Assembly (NCBI GenBank): GCA_016932695.1
Contig: JAFGCH010000081.1
Span: 15,404 to 79,403 of the forward strand
Length of the DNA stretch: 64,000 bases
Origin: Acidimicrobiia bacterium
GTDB lineage: Bacteria; Actinomycetota; Acidimicrobiia; Spongiisociales; UBA11373
Reading direction: 5' to 3'
Shown: piece by piece, positions 28,636 to 43,809 of the stretch
How the letters are laid out: every line of letters starts with the position of its first letter
Position numbering within the stretch: the first letter of the stretch is position 1
Notes under the pieces: generated by a model
Told to the model about the DNA's origin: nothing
Databases searched by the model: none
The model's input: only the letters and a program-made list of their open reading frames with translations
Translations under genes and position numbers: made by a program

Positions 28636-28808
28636 CGAGGGCTCCTCCGCAGTGGTCGACTACGGGGAGTGTCGGCAGGCGGCAGAGAGCCCTTGAGCCG
28701 GTTCGGGATCGGCGAGTCGTGCCCCCGGCGCGACCGGAAGCCGCGATACGCGCCCGCAACGCATCTCGACACGCCTGCCTCGGCAGCGTGATCTCAGCGC
28801 GCCCGGCG

Positions 28809-29582
28809 CTATTCGCCCGTCGCCGCCCGGCGCATCACCTCAATGGGCGCCGGCAGCCCCGTCCACCGCGTGAAGGAGAGGGCGCCTTGCGCCACCAGGT
28901 GATCCCACCCATCCGCTACCGGCAGCCCCCTCCCCCGGGCCAGGAGCACCGCCGGGCTGCCGCCCGGACGGCAGGGCAGGTCGTAGAGGCCGGCGCTCTC
29001 TTCCACCACTCCCGCGGGCAGGCTCTCCCCCTCGCGGCCCAGCGGGGTCGAATTCACCACCACCGCCCCCGGCAGCGGATCACCCCACGGGACCTCCTCG
29101 GCCTCGATCCCCAGCCGCCCGGCGAGCGCCGCCCCCGCCCCGGCGCGGCGGGCGGCGATGGCGAGGCGAGCGCCCCCTAAGGCGGCCAGGACGGCCGCGG
29201 CCGCACCGCCGGCCCCCAGCACCAGGACCGGGCTCCCGGCGGGTAGCCCGGCCGCAGCCCAGACCCCGGGAAGGGCGCCGGCATCGGTGTTGTCCCCCAC
29301 CACCTCCCCTTCCATCGCCCACAGAGTGTTCACCGCGCCGGCCCGGTGGGCCAGCGGCAGCAGCCGGTCGGCGGCCGCGGCGGCGACCCTCTTGTGCGGC
29401 ATGGTCACGTTCGCCCCGTGCAGCGCCCCCGACCGGATCTCGGCACACGCCCGGTAGACCCCCGCGGCGTCCACACGACGCGCCTCATACAGGCCCTCGA
29501 TGCCGACGGCTGCCAAGGCGGCGTTGTGCATGGCGGGCGAGGTCGAGTGGCCGACCGGGTCGCCCAGCAGCACGAGCCTCAC
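28809..29582 (-). CDS. aroE: Shikimate dehydrogenase
   Basis: VLLGDPVGHSTSPAMHNAAL...NVTMPHK...NTDA.G..GAGGAA are AroE motifs. Confidence 0.85.
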   Translation of the reverse strand: MRLVLLGDPVGHSTSPAMHNAALAAVGIEGLYEARRVDAAGVYRACAEIRSGALHGANVTMPHKRVAAAAADRLLPLAHRAGAVNTLWAMEGEVVGDNTDAGALPGVWAAAGLPAGSPVLVLGAGGAAAAVLAALGGARLAIAARRAGAGAALAGRLGIEAEEVPWGDPLPGAVVVNSTPLGREGESLPAGVVEESAGLYDLPCRPGGSPAVLLARGRGLPVADGWDHLVAQGALSFTRWTGLPAPIEVMRRAATGE

Positions 29583-30682
29583 GGGATCAGCCCCGCCTCC
29601 CGAGCCTGCTGTTGGAACTCGAGGAACTCCTGGAAGTCGGCCGTGAAGGCGTGCCGCCCGTCGGCGTCGCTCAAGACGTAGTAGAGGTAATCGGTGTCGG
29701 CAGGCGCCGCCGCGGCCCGCAGCGAGGCCAGCCGCACCCCGGAGATCGGCGTCGGCGGCAGTCCCTTGTAACGATAGGTGTTATAGGGGGAGTCGATCTC
29801 CAGGTCCTCCAGGCTCAGTCCCCCGGCTGGGAGGCCGCCCAGGGCGTACACCACCGTGGCGTCGATCTGCAGAGCCATGTCGATTTCGAGGCGGTTGAAG
29901 ATCACGCTGGCGATCAACGGCCGCTCTTCATCCAGCTTGGCCTCTCGCTCGATGAGCGAGGCGATGATCACCCCGTCGTAGGGAGTGAGCCTCCGGTCGG
30001 CCAGGTAGGACCAGTCCACCGACGCCACCCGCTGCTCGGCCGTATCGGCCAGAAGCTGCAGCACTTCGGCCGCCGGGTCGTTTTCGAAGATCTCGTAGGT
30101 ATCGGGGAAGAGCAGGCCCTCCCAGCCGGCCAGCACCTCCGGGGGCGCGGGAAGCAGATCCGAGGACACCGATCCGTCGAGCAGGGCTCCTTCGAGGGCG
30201 GCCACGGGGAACCCGGCCTGGTCGGCAAGGGAATCGAGCATGGCGGGTACGGTCAGCCCCTCGATCAGAGTGACGCGGAGCACCCCCCCGCCGGGCCCTT
30301 CGACCAACGCGGCGATGACCGCATCGATGCTCATCCCCGTCTCGAGGTCGTAGGTGCCCGCCTGCAGCCGGTCGCTCACCTGCTGCAGCCTCACCGCGCG
30401 CTCGAACTCCGGAGCCGACGAAATGACACCGGCCTCGGCCAGCAGGCGGCCGATCTGCGCCGCCGAAGAGCCGGGGGCGATCTCGACCTGTACCGGCTCC
30501 CCGGCCACTATGTCGTCGTCACCCCCACCCAGGGCGTCGTTGACCATCCCGGCGAGGACCTTCACCCCAATGAAAGCCCCGCCGAACAGCAAGACCACCA
30601 GGCCCACGGTGCCCAGCACCTTCAGACTGGTCTTCAGCCACCGGTTCTGGTCGTCGTCCGTGCCGGGCCGATTCTCGCTCAT
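29579..30682 (-). CDS. mltG: Endolytic murein transglycosylase MltG (YceG family)
   Basis: N-terminal TM, YceG-like domain (...SPYNTYRYKGLPPTPI...), and the conserved neighbourhood aroE-mltG-ruvX-alaS. Confidence 0.85.
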   Translation of the reverse strand: MSENRPGTDDDQNRWLKTSLKVLGTVGLVVLLFGGAFIGVKVLAGMVNDALGGGDDDIVAGEPVQVEIAPGSSAAQIGRLLAEAGVISSAPEFERAVRLQQVSDRLQAGTYDLETGMSIDAVIAALVEGPGGGVLRVTLIEGLTVPAMLDSLADQAGFPVAALEGALLDGSVSSDLLPAPPEVLAGWEGLLFPDTYEIFENDPAAEVLQLLADTAEQRVASVDWSYLADRRLTPYDGVIIASLIEREAKLDEERPLIASVIFNRLEIDMALQIDATVVYALGGLPAGGLSLEDLEIDSPYNTYRYKGLPPTPISGVRLASLRAAAAPADTDYLYYVLSDADGRHAFTADFQEFLEFQQQAREAGLIP

Positions 30683-31091
30683 CGCCCTCCATCCAAGTAC
30701 GACTGCAGCAATACTGCCGCCGCCACCCCGTCGCGCACCGCTCGCCGCCGTCGCCCGGTTAGCCCCGCTTCGACCAGGACTCGCTCCGCGGTGACCGAGG
30801 TGAAGCGCTCGTCCCGCAGCTCCACCGGCAGGCCGGTCGCCGCCGCCACCTCCGCGGCGAAGCGCCGCGCTGCCGCCGCGGCCGGGCCTTCGGACCCGCT
30901 GAGACTCACCGGCAGGCCGACCACGATCCGCTCCACGCCGAGGTCGGCCGCCAGCCGCCCGATCCGGGCCAGTAGCTCTGGGTCGGTGGCGTCCAGCACC
31001 CCGTGCGGCTGGGCCGTGATGCCGAGCGGGTCGCTGACCGCCAGGCCGACCCGGCGGGTGCCGGGGTCCAGCGCGAGCACCCGGCCCGGGA

Positions 31092-31095
<4 letters not shown>
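30679..31095 (-). CDS. ruvX: Putative pre-16S rRNA nuclease / Holliday junction resolvase-like YqgF (RuvX)
   Basis: VLALDPGTRRVGLAVSD...VVGLP is the YqgF fold, and it is 138 aa. Confidence 0.85.
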
Positions 31096-33743
<2,648 letters not shown>

Positions 33744-33825
33744 CGGGCCCTCCTCCGGGCGGCGACCACGGAGAGGGGCGGGTTCTCGCTAGTGATCGGG
33801 TTGGGCGGCACGGGCGGAAGGGTAC

Positions 33826-35165
33826 TCACTCCCTCGGCGGACGCCCCACCCGGCGGTCCACTTCGGCCAGGCCCTCCGCCCGGGCCGCCTCCTCCCCCTC
33901 TCTCCCCGGCCGGTAGAGGATCCGGCCGACGGCGGCGTCCGGCAGGTACTGCTGGGCCACGACGGCTCCCGGGAAGTCGTGGGGGTAGCGATAGCCCACC
34001 CCGTGCCCCAGGGCGGCCGCACCGCGATAGCCGGTGCCCCGCAGATGGGGAGGTACCGCTGCCCCGGGGGTGTCCTCGACCGCCCGGCGCGCCGCTTCCA
34101 TGGTCCGAGCGACCGAGTTCGACTTGGGCGCCGTCGCCAGGTACAGCGCCGCTTCGTGCAGGGCATAGGCCGCCTCGGGCAGGCCGACGAACGCCAAGGC
34201 GTGGACCGCGGCCACCGCCACGCCCAGGGCCGCCGGATCGGCCAAGCCGACGTCCTCCGCGGCCAGGATCACCATCCGCCGGGCGATGAACTCGGGGTCC
34301 TCGCCGGCGGTGAGCATGGTCTCCAGCCAATAGGCGGCAGCATCGGGATCGGAGCCTCGCAGGCTCTTGATGAAGGCCGAGATCACATCGAAGTGCTGAT
34401 CGCCCGCCTTGTCGTAGCGGACCACCCGGCGCTGCAAGGCCTCCTCGATCTCGGCCGTACCGATCCGGGCCCGCCCCCGGCCCGAGGCGAGCAGCGCCGC
34501 CACCTCCAGGGTGTTGTACGCCAGGCGGGCGTCGCCTCCCACCCGCTCCGCCAGGAGGTCCCGGGCGTCGTCCTCGATGCCCGCCACGATCCCCGCCAGG
34601 CCCCTTTCGGCGTCCTGCACCGCCCGATCGATGAGCACCGCCACCTCCGCAGGAGCCAGCGGCTCCAGCCGGAACAGGGTGGCCCGGCTGATGAGAGGCG
34701 AGTTCACCTCGAAGAAGGGGTTCTCGGTGGTGGCCCCAATCAGGGTCACGGTGCCGTGCTCCACCCCGGGCAGCAGGGCGTCTTGCTGGGCTTTCGAGAA
34801 GCGGTGGATCTCATCCAGGAAGAGCACCGTACGCGCGCCGCCGTCCTCGAGGCGGCGCCCCGCCGTGGCGAGCACCTCCCGCACCTCCTTGACCCCGGCG
34901 GTGGTGGCGGAGAGAGCCTCGAAAGCGGCTCCGGTGGCCGCGGCCACTAGAAAGGCCAAGGTGGTCTTGCCGGTCCCGGGAGGGCCCCAGAGGATCATCG
35001 ACAAGGGCCGGCCGGCGCGCACCATCTCCCCGAATGCCGCCCCCGGGGCGAGCAGGTGCTGCTGCCCCACCACCTCCTCCAAGGCCCGGGGGCGCATACG
35101 GGCGGCCAGCGGCTCGGCTGAGCGGCGCCGCGCCGCCCGCTCCTCGCCGAAAAGGTCCCCGGTGG

Positions 35166-35169
<4 letters not shown>
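33826..35169 (-). CDS. rarA: Replication-associated recombination protein A (AAA+ ATPase RarA/MgsA)
   Basis: LWGPPGTGKTTLA (Walker A), FLDEIHRF (Walker B/sensor), and the C-terminal MgsA domain. Confidence 0.85.
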
Positions 35170-36943
<1,774 letters not shown>

Positions 36944-36962
<19 letters not shown>

Positions 36963-38173
36963 GCCGCCACCTCCGCGATCGGCACCGTCTCCTCTTCACC
37001 ATCGGCCATGGCCCGCACCGTCACCCGCCCTTCGGCCCATTCCGCCCCCACCACCGCCGCCACCGCGGCGCCCCGCCGTCCCGCCACCTTGAACTGCGCC
37101 TTCACCGAACGCTCGCCGAGGTCCAGGTCGGCAGACACCCCGGCCGCCCGCAGCATGGCCACCAGGTCGAGGGCCTCGGCCCGCCGCCCCGGGTCGGCCA
37201 GCACCACGAACACCCCTAGGCTCCCCTCTCCCCCCTCCTCGGGCATGGCGGCCACGATCCGATCCACCCCCATCGCCAGGCCCACCCCGGGAATGGGCGG
37301 CCCGCCCAGCAACTCGGCGAGCGGGTCGTAGCGGCCGCCGCCTCCGAGGGCATCCTGCGCCGCGGTGTACGACCGGGCCTGGTACTCGAAGACGGTGCGG
37401 TTGTAGTAGTCCAGGCCCCGCACCAGCCGGGGGGCGATCTCGTACGGGATGCCCCGGCGCTCCAGCCCGAGGCGCACCGCGGCAAAGTGCGCCGCCGCCT
37501 CCGGCCCCAGGTGATCGAGGGTGGCCGGGGCCTCGGCTACCACCGCGACGTCGGCTTTGCTGTCGAGGACCCGCAGGGGATTGGTGTCCAAGCGCCGGCG
37601 GGAGTCCTCGGAGAGCAGATCGGCCCGCTCCGCCAGGTAGGCACGCAGCAGTTGCCGGTACTCGACCCGGTCCTCCGGGTCTCCCAGGGAGTTGAGCAGC
37701 ACCATCACCCCCCTGATGCCCAACTCCTCGAGCAGCCGGTAGCCCACCTCCACCACCTCGACGTCGGCATCGGGCGAGGGCTCGCCCAGGTACTCCACCC
37801 CGACCTGATAGAACTGCCGCCGCCGGCCCGCCTGGGGCTGCTCGTAACGAAACATGGGGCCGGAATAGGCGCACTTCAGCACCCCGGTCCGTCCCTCTTG
37901 CAGATAGGCGCGCACCACCGATGCGGTGGCCTCGGGTCGCAAGGTGAGGGCGCGGCCTGCCTTGTCGGTGAAGCTGTACATCTGCTTGGAGACGATCTCG
38001 GTCTCCTCCCCCACCCCGCGAGCGAACAACTCGGTCGCCTCGAAGAGCGGAGTCAGGGCCAGCCCGTAGCCGTAGCGCTCCGCCAGGGAATCGAAGGCGC
38101 GCAGCAAGCGGCGCCAAGCAGCCGACTCGGGCGGGAGCACATCGATGGTGCCCTTGGGGGCCCGAGTGGTCAC
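36944..38173 (-). CDS. hisS: Histidine--tRNA ligase; the ORF-track N-terminus is over-extended, and the likely start is the GTG at 38171-38173
   Basis: PKGTIDVLP, ...YGY..ALTPLFE..ELF.RGVGEETEIVSKQMY.F.DKAGR.LTLRPE.TA and GGGRYD are HisS motifs. Confidence 0.85.
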
Positions 38174-38817
38174 CGGGGCAGGCCCTGCAGGAAGGGGTTG
38201 GTAGCCAATTCCCGAGCCAGCGTAGTGGCCGGCCCGTGGCCCGGAAGCACGTCCGTCTCCTCCGGCAGCGGCAGGATGCGTTCGGCCATCGAACGCAGGA
38301 GCGTCCGGTAGTCGCCCCCCGGCAGATCGGTGCGCCCGATAGAACCGGCGAACAGGTGATCCCCGGAGAAGAGCACGCCCTCCTCCTCCATCCACAGGCA
38401 GCAGTGCCCCGGGGTGTGCCCCGGGGTGTGGATCACCCGGAAGCGAAGCCCGGCGACCTCGAGCTTGGCGCCGTGGGCGAGAGGCAAGTACTCGGCGGCC
38501 CCTTGGTAATCCCCGCCCCCCAGGCCGAGCAGCAGGCGAGCCTGCCCCTGCAGGTCCGCCGCCAACCACTCGTCGTCGGGGTGCAGGTGAGCCGCGATGC
38601 CGAACGCCGCCACCGTCGGTCCGGCGCCGCCCACGTGATCGAGGTGGCCGTGGGTGAGCAGCAGAGCGCGGGGCTCAACCCCGCTACGGCGCGCCACCTC
38701 GGCAATCGCGTCCGGGTCGGGCGGGGCGTCGATGATGACCCCCGGCCCGCCCTCCTCCACCGACACCACGTAGCAGTTGGTGGCGGCCAGCCAGAGCGGG
38801 GCGAACGCGATGTGCAC
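38170..38817 (-). CDS. MBL-fold metallo-hydrolase (glyoxalase II-like)
   Basis: LLLTHGHLDHVGG and HTPGHTPGH are metallo-beta-lactamase fold motifs. A homolog sits upstream of hisS in other actinobacteria. Confidence 0.75.
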   Translation of the reverse strand: MHIAFAPLWLAATNCYVVSVEEGGPGVIIDAPPDPDAIAEVARRSGVEPRALLLTHGHLDHVGGAGPTVAAFGIAAHLHPDDEWLAADLQGQARLLLGLGGGDYQGAAEYLPLAHGAKLEVAGLRFRVIHTPGHTPGHCCLWMEEEGVLFSGDHLFAGSIGRTDLPGGDYRTLLRSMAERILPLPEETDVLPGHGPATTLARELATNPFLQGLPR

Positions 38818-38862
38818 GGCGGAAGCGTACGGCGGAGCCGGCTCCGGGGCGAAACCCGGCGG

Positions 38863-40203
38863 CTACAACTCGTCCCAGGCCACCACCACCGGCTGCACGA
38901 TGGTTCCGCCGAAGGGGCTGCTCAGCGGCCCGGAGTTGTTCAGGGTGGTGGTGCCGGCGATGTAGTTGCTGTCGATGTAGTCCGCAGGCGAGTCGCAGGC
39001 GTCCTCGGCCAGGAAGCTGCCCTCAGTCACGTGGGTGTGGCCGGTGCTCTCGAGCTGCTCGTGCGCCGCCAGGATCCCTCCCATATCCGGGTCGCCGGAG
39101 ATGTCGATGTCCCGGCCGGCGGCGACCAGCAGGCTGCTGCCCGGGAAGGGGCGCATCACCGGACTACCGGAGATGCTCACGTCGCCTCCGGTGATGGCCG
39201 GGCAAGTGCCTTTGCCCGCCACCAGCAGGGTCGTGTACCAAGGGGTCACCAGCGACCCCGTGTTGGAGGCCAGGTCCACAGAGCCCTGGTGCACGTAGTA
39301 GACCCCGTCGTGGGGAGTGCCCGAGGTCTGCTGCCACCGGGCTTCGAGGCGGGCGTCGCAGCAGCCGAGGAACTTCCACCCCCGGAAGGTGACGGTGGCG
39401 GTATCCGACGACAGCACGAACCCCGTGCAGGGAGTAGCGCCGGCGGTGTACCCCAGTGAGGAGTGGGCGGGCCCAGCCCTCACTGTGCCGTCGGGGCAGA
39501 GATCAAAGTGGCTGGTATGCCACAACTGCCGGGGATCAATCACCGGGATCTGCACGGCCGCCTGATTGCCCGGCGGCTGGCAGGAGGGGTCTTGGACTAC
39601 CGACCCGGTGACCTTCGCACCTCCGGAGGAGCTCATGCAGCCGTCGATGAAGGTGCTGCCGCCCACCTCGAGGTAGCCGTTGCTGTGCACCCCGACGGCG
39701 CTGCCGCCGAAGACGAGGGGATTGCCGATGAACTGCACCGGGCCCCCGGTCAGCACCCCGTAGCGCGCCTTCCAGCCGCCGAACAGTTCCGCGGAGCCGA
39801 GCCGCGCTTGCACCGCCCGCACCCGGCGCCCGTCGGCCTCCCGTCCCGGAACAAACCCCACGGCAAAGACGGCGCTGCTGCTGGTGGGGCGCACAATCAC
39901 GTACTCGCCGTTGAGCGTGATTGCCACCCCGGCCGAAGGCCGCGCATCGGCGGCTGCCACCACCCAGGCTCGGAGCGCCTCGGGCCCGGAGAACGTGTCG
40001 GGCATGGTCTCACCGGTCGTGAAGGAGGCATCGAGGTTCACCAGAGCCAACCCATGATCCAGGCCCGATTCCGCCACCTGGAGAGCCTGCTCCCACTGGG
40101 CGTCGGAGCGGGTGTTGCCCGTTTGTCGCAGCGAGCGCACGCTGACCACCGACGTCAGCAGGATCAGCGTCAGGCCCAGTAAAACCACCGCCACCACGGC
40201 CAT
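38863..40203 (-). CDS. Hypothetical secreted/membrane-anchored protein, last gene of the minor-pilin operon (candidate pilus tip/adhesin-associated); the real start is the internal MAVVAVVLLG
   Basis: N-terminal hydrophobic anchor without a canonical prepilin motif, a 446-aa Gly/Ser/Thr-rich beta-type sequence, and translational overlap/proximity with the upstream pseudopilin genes. Confidence 0.45.
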   Translation of the reverse strand: MAVVAVVLLGLTLILLTSVVSVRSLRQTGNTRSDAQWEQALQVAESGLDHGLALVNLDASFTTGETMPDTFSGPEALRAWVVAAADARPSAGVAITLNGEYVIVRPTSSSAVFAVGFVPGREADGRRVRAVQARLGSAELFGGWKARYGVLTGGPVQFIGNPLVFGGSAVGVHSNGYLEVGGSTFIDGCMSSSGGAKVTGSVVQDPSCQPPGNQAAVQIPVIDPRQLWHTSHFDLCPDGTVRAGPAHSSLGYTAGATPCTGFVLSSDTATVTFRGWKFLGCCDARLEARWQQTSGTPHDGVYYVHQGSVDLASNTGSLVTPWYTTLLVAGKGTCPAITGGDVSISGSPVMRPFPGSSLLVAAGRDIDISGDPDMGGILAAHEQLESTGHTHVTEGSFLAEDACDSPADYIDSNYIAGTTTLNNSGPLSSPFGGTIVQPVVVAWDEL

Positions 40204-40268
40204 GCCATCTTCCGAATGGCGCCGCCCGCAAGGGGTCCATCGGCTTCGCTGTGCCCAGGGTGCTGGTC

Positions 40269-40802
40269 TCACGGCACGTTCCTCAACGCGACTTCGAAGT
40301 CCAGCGTGCGCGCCCCGTCGCCGGGCCCGGCCACCCCCACGACTAGGTGCACAAAGGCCCGGGTGATCTGCGCCGGCAGCGTGCTGTCGTAGGAAAAGCG
40401 GGACTCGGCGCCCGAGAGGCCCCAGGCTTCCACCCGGCCTGCAGAGCTCCCCACCGTCCGCACGAGAGCGCCGCTCGAGTTGACCGACCACGTCACGACC
40501 TCCGCGGCAGGCATGACCGCGTCCCACTCGTAGTCGATCCAAACGCTGAAAGAGGCCGGGCCCGCGGCGGTGAACCGCCGCGCCTCCCTGACGTCCTTGG
40601 CCAACCGGCTCCGGGCGTCGCGCACCGCTTCCTGTGCGGCATCGTCGGCAGCTTGCACCTGCTCTACCCGGGTTGCTCCGACGAAGACGGAGACCATGGT
40701 GGTGGCGACCAGGGCCATCCCGGCCATAGCCAAGGCGAGTTCGACGAGAGTCAGCCCGGCAGCCTCCCGAGGGAAGAGGCGAATCCGGCGATTGAAACGC
40801 AT
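40269..40802 (-). CDS. Minor pilin / pseudopilin (prepilin-type N-terminal cleavage-methylation domain)
   Basis: ...PREAAG/LTLVELALAMAGMALVATTMVSVFV is a class III signal with Glu at +5. Confidence 0.6.
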   Translation of the reverse strand: MRFNRRIRLFPREAAGLTLVELALAMAGMALVATTMVSVFVGATRVEQVQAADDAAQEAVRDARSRLAKDVREARRFTAAGPASFSVWIDYEWDAVMPAAEVVTWSVNSSGALVRTVGSSAGRVEAWGLSGAESRFSYDSTLPAQITRAFVHLVVGVAGPGDGARTLDFEVALRNVP

Positions 40803-40886
40803 GGCGGCTTTCCGGTCGGAGCCGAGGTATTCATCGACCGGGAATGCACCCGGCTTGAACACCTGTGGCATTCGATTGGGCAACTC

Positions 40887-42218
40887 TCAGTTGCAGGTGC
40901 TCTCCGCTACCGGCAGCGGGCGCAGGCCGTCGAGTAGCGTTGCCGTCGGCAGAAGCCCGGCCGGGTACATCACGCTCCCCGCCGTCACCGCCACCCGACC
41001 CAGTCCGGCATCACCGCCCGCCACCAGGGCTCCCCGCCAGGGGTTGGTCCCCGACAGGGTGACACCCCCGTAGGGGGCATAGGCCACCCCCTGCCAGGCC
41101 CCATCCGTGCCGCCCAGGAGGACGAGAGCGCTCGAGGAGCTGCCGAAACCCACCACCCCACCCTGGGTGGCCGTCGCCAGTCGGTACTGCGCCCCGGGGC
41201 GGAACTCCACCACAGTATCCGAGACCAAGGACGCGGCATTCGAGTACACCGTAGAGCCGTCGCGCAGTCGAATCCCCTGGGTGGCGTACACCGGGCCAGC
41301 GCCGTCGATCGTCACCCCCCCGTAGAAGTCGATGCTCCCCGAGACGTACATGGGGGCGCTGATGGTGACGTTGGTGAACGACTGGTTCCCCGACAGCACC
41401 TGGCCCGTCTGCGCCGCTGCCCGCAGAGCGGAGCGCCAGTCCTCGATGGTCATGGTGTCGGGTAGGACGACCACCACGCCTCCGTTCTGCTCGATCACGC
41501 CGCCGACGTTGCTCGGCAACACGGTCGCCGTCCCCCCGGCCCGCACATCGCCGTCCACCACCGAGGTGCCGTCGGAGTAGTTGAAGTTCGTGTGCACCGA
41601 GGCCAGGTGCGAGGTACCTGGGGAGGTGAGAGTGGAGGCACCGCCGGTGAGCGCGGCATCGCCCGCGGCCACCACCGCGGCGTCGGGGAACACCACCGCA
41701 CCGGTGACGATGGCCCCTCCGGCCGACACGTCGGAGATCACAGTGGAAGCCTGGAAGGAACCCGGCGCCCCGTCTTCCTCCCAAGTCACCAGCACCAGCA
41801 CCCGTCGCAGGTCGGCGGTGAGGCGGGTGACGTAAGCCCAAGTGGTGAACGTGACCCCGCCGGCGGTCGCCACCGACTTGGGGGTCATCAGCCCTCCCTC
41901 GCACACCAGGAGGCTTTCGTCCCCCGGCAACCCGGCTTCCTGGCCGAGCAAGGCCTCGGCAACGGGATCGATGAGGGGCGCCGCAGCATCCACCGACGTC
42001 ATCGCCAGCGCGTTCCAGCTGAGCGCCCGAGCCTGCTCCATCCGCCCCACCAGGAGCGCGGTGGCTTCCTGGCGTAACCGGCTGTCTCGCGAGCTGCCGA
42101 TCACCGACCGCAGCGTGCCGGTGATCGCCGCTACCAGCACCGCGGCGAGCACGGACGCCACTACCAGCTCGATCAGGGAGAACCCGGATTCATCGCGGAT
42201 GCGCAAGGGCCGCCTCAT
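40887..42218 (-). CDS. Large (443 aa) prepilin-like minor pilin
   Basis: MRRPLRIRDESG/FSLIELVVASVLAAVLVAAI is a class III signal. The remainder is a Gly/Thr/Val-rich beta-repeat region. Confidence 0.6.
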   Translation of the reverse strand: MRRPLRIRDESGFSLIELVVASVLAAVLVAAITGTLRSVIGSSRDSRLRQEATALLVGRMEQARALSWNALAMTSVDAAAPLIDPVAEALLGQEAGLPGDESLLVCEGGLMTPKSVATAGGVTFTTWAYVTRLTADLRRVLVLVTWEEDGAPGSFQASTVISDVSAGGAIVTGAVVFPDAAVVAAGDAALTGGASTLTSPGTSHLASVHTNFNYSDGTSVVDGDVRAGGTATVLPSNVGGVIEQNGGVVVVLPDTMTIEDWRSALRAAAQTGQVLSGNQSFTNVTISAPMYVSGSIDFYGGVTIDGAGPVYATQGIRLRDGSTVYSNAASLVSDTVVEFRPGAQYRLATATQGGVVGFGSSSSALVLLGGTDGAWQGVAYAPYGGVTLSGTNPWRGALVAGGDAGLGRVAVTAGSVMYPAGLLPTATLLDGLRPLPVAESTCN

Positions 42219-42225
42219 GATCGCC

Positions 42226-43809
42226 TCACGGGCAAGAGCCCTCGGCCCAGCACGGCACGGGGATCTCCCGCCAGGCGGCGTAGTCCCACGAGTCGCCGAG
42301 GAGGGGGAAGAAGGGCGGGCGCAGGCCTTCGAGGCGCAGGTCGAAGTCGTAGTTGCGGGTGGTGAAATGAGCCGAGAGGTTGCCCGTCCTCACCTTGGCG
42401 ATGCCGCCGATGGTGTTGAGCGTCGAGTAGCTGGGGGTGACCAGGTTCCCGGACGTGCCGCAGTCGTAGGAGACCCCCAGGATCCCCCCCTGGCTGAGCA
42501 TGGCGCCGTAGACGTTGAGCACCCGGTCGCTGCCCACGGCGCTCGGGCTCAGGTACACCTCGTCGGAGGCGATGAGGCCCACCACGTCGCTCCCGTTGAG
42601 GCCGCTGGCGTAGGTGATGTCGCTGCCCACGATGAGGTTCTTGGGGGACCCCAGCGTCCCGGCATAGAAGGTGACCGCGCCTTTCACGGTTGCCGGCGCC
42701 GAGGGCCGCCCGATCACCAGGTGGGTGTCGGCCCAGACCACCCCGGTGGTAGGCAGGTCGTAGGTGCCCAAAAGGTTCCAGCTGGCGGTGTCGGACCTGA
42801 CCCACCACCACTCCTCGGTGGTGAGGCAGGAGGTGGAGTAGTTGCCGTAGGACACCCAGACCTTGATGCGGCCCCGGCCGGCCTCCACCAGAGGCTGCAC
42901 CAGGAAGGCTGTCGGGTTCTGGGTCAGGCCGAGGCCGGGGTTGTAGGTGCGGCTCAGGCACAGCCCGGTGCCGTTGCAGGCCACCTCGCGAATCACGTTG
43001 AGGTCGTCCCAGAAGGTGTCGAAGTCCAGCGGCTGGGGATAGGCGACCCGGATGTCGTTGTAGTCTCCGGTGGAGTCGTACCCCTCGGCCCCGTCGGCGA
43101 AGATGGGCGGGCCGTATCTCGAGTTCCGCCCGATGGCCCCCTCGGCATAGGCGTTCTTGTGCACCACGCCGATCGGGGACGAGGTCGAGAAATCCAGGTC
43201 GGCGCCGACGTAGACCTTGCCCCACAGGACCGCGCCGGCGCCGAAGCGCAGGTCCTCCTGCTGGAGGAAGGCGAACTCGGAGATCGCCTGGGGATGGATC
43301 TCGGCCGTGATCGCCCGGGTCCGCCCGAACTCCTCCTGAGTGGTGACGACCGTGAGGGTGAGGCCGGCCTCGCCTGCCGGCGGCTGCACCCCGATCAACG
43401 CCCCTACATCGTCGGCTTCCACCGCGGCCTCCCCGCCGAGGAGGGGATGGTGGAAGAACTCCGCCGCCGCCTCGTAGGTCCAGGTGCGGCAGTCCGGGTA
43501 CCAGGACTCCCCCGGCTGGACCACCAGGTTGTACTGCTCCGCCAGGGTGTCGGAGCAGCGGCGCGGCGCCTCCGCCTCGTCCACCCAGTGCAGGTAGAAG
43601 AGCGGGTCCATGGTCATCTTGGCCGCGTATCGCTCCAGCATGGCCTCGGCCGCCACCGCCAGGGTGTCCTGGCGCCGCAACAACTGGGCATCGCGGTACT
43701 CCTGCTGGGCATTGCGGAACACCAGGGTGACGATGAGCACCAACGCTCCTACCGCCAGCACCACCACGAGCATGGCGAAGCCCTGATCCCGTGCGTCGCG
43801 GCTAGGCAT
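42226..43809 (-). CDS. PilX-like minor pilin (527 aa)
   Basis: ...DQG/FAMLVVVLAVGALVLIVTLVF then NAQQEYRDAQLLRRQDTLAVAAEAMLE, resembling the PilX N-terminal domain, with a large C-terminal region. Confidence 0.6.
   Translation of the reverse strand: MPSRDARDQGFAMLVVVLAVGALVLIVTLVFRNAQQEYRDAQLLRRQDTLAVAAEAMLERYAAKMTMDPLFYLHWVDEAEAPRRCSDTLAEQYNLVVQPGESWYPDCRTWTYEAAAEFFHHPLLGGEAAVEADDVGALIGVQPPAGEAGLTLTVVTTQEEFGRTRAITAEIHPQAISEFAFLQQEDLRFGAGAVLWGKVYVGADLDFSTSSPIGVVHKNAYAEGAIGRNSRYGPPIFADGAEGYDSTGDYNDIRVAYPQPLDFDTFWDDLNVIREVACNGTGLCLSRTYNPGLGLTQNPTAFLVQPLVEAGRGRIKVWVSYGNYSTSCLTTEEWWWVRSDTASWNLLGTYDLPTTGVVWADTHLVIGRPSAPATVKGAVTFYAGTLGSPKNLIVGSDITYASGLNGSDVVGLIASDEVYLSPSAVGSDRVLNVYGAMLSQGGILGVSYDCGTSGNLVTPSYSTLNTIGGIAKVRTGNLSAHFTTRNYDFDLRLEGLRPPFFPLLGDSWDYAAWREIPVPCWAEGSCP

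Noticed and set aside
26896-28791. 631-aa plus-strand ORF
   Set aside because: It is antisense to pilB, which has clear Walker and tetracysteine motifs on the minus strand.
28636-28808. 173-nt intergenic region scanned for a tRNA; it contains GGTTCGGGATC, reminiscent of a T-loop
   Set aside because: Flanking sequence does not form an acceptor or T stem, and no D-loop or anticodon arm could be built. It is more likely the pilB promoter or leader.
33744-33825. Possible T-box leader upstream of alaS
   Set aside because: The gap is only about 80 nt, far too short for a T-box (about 200-300 nt), and no specifier or T-box sequence was seen.
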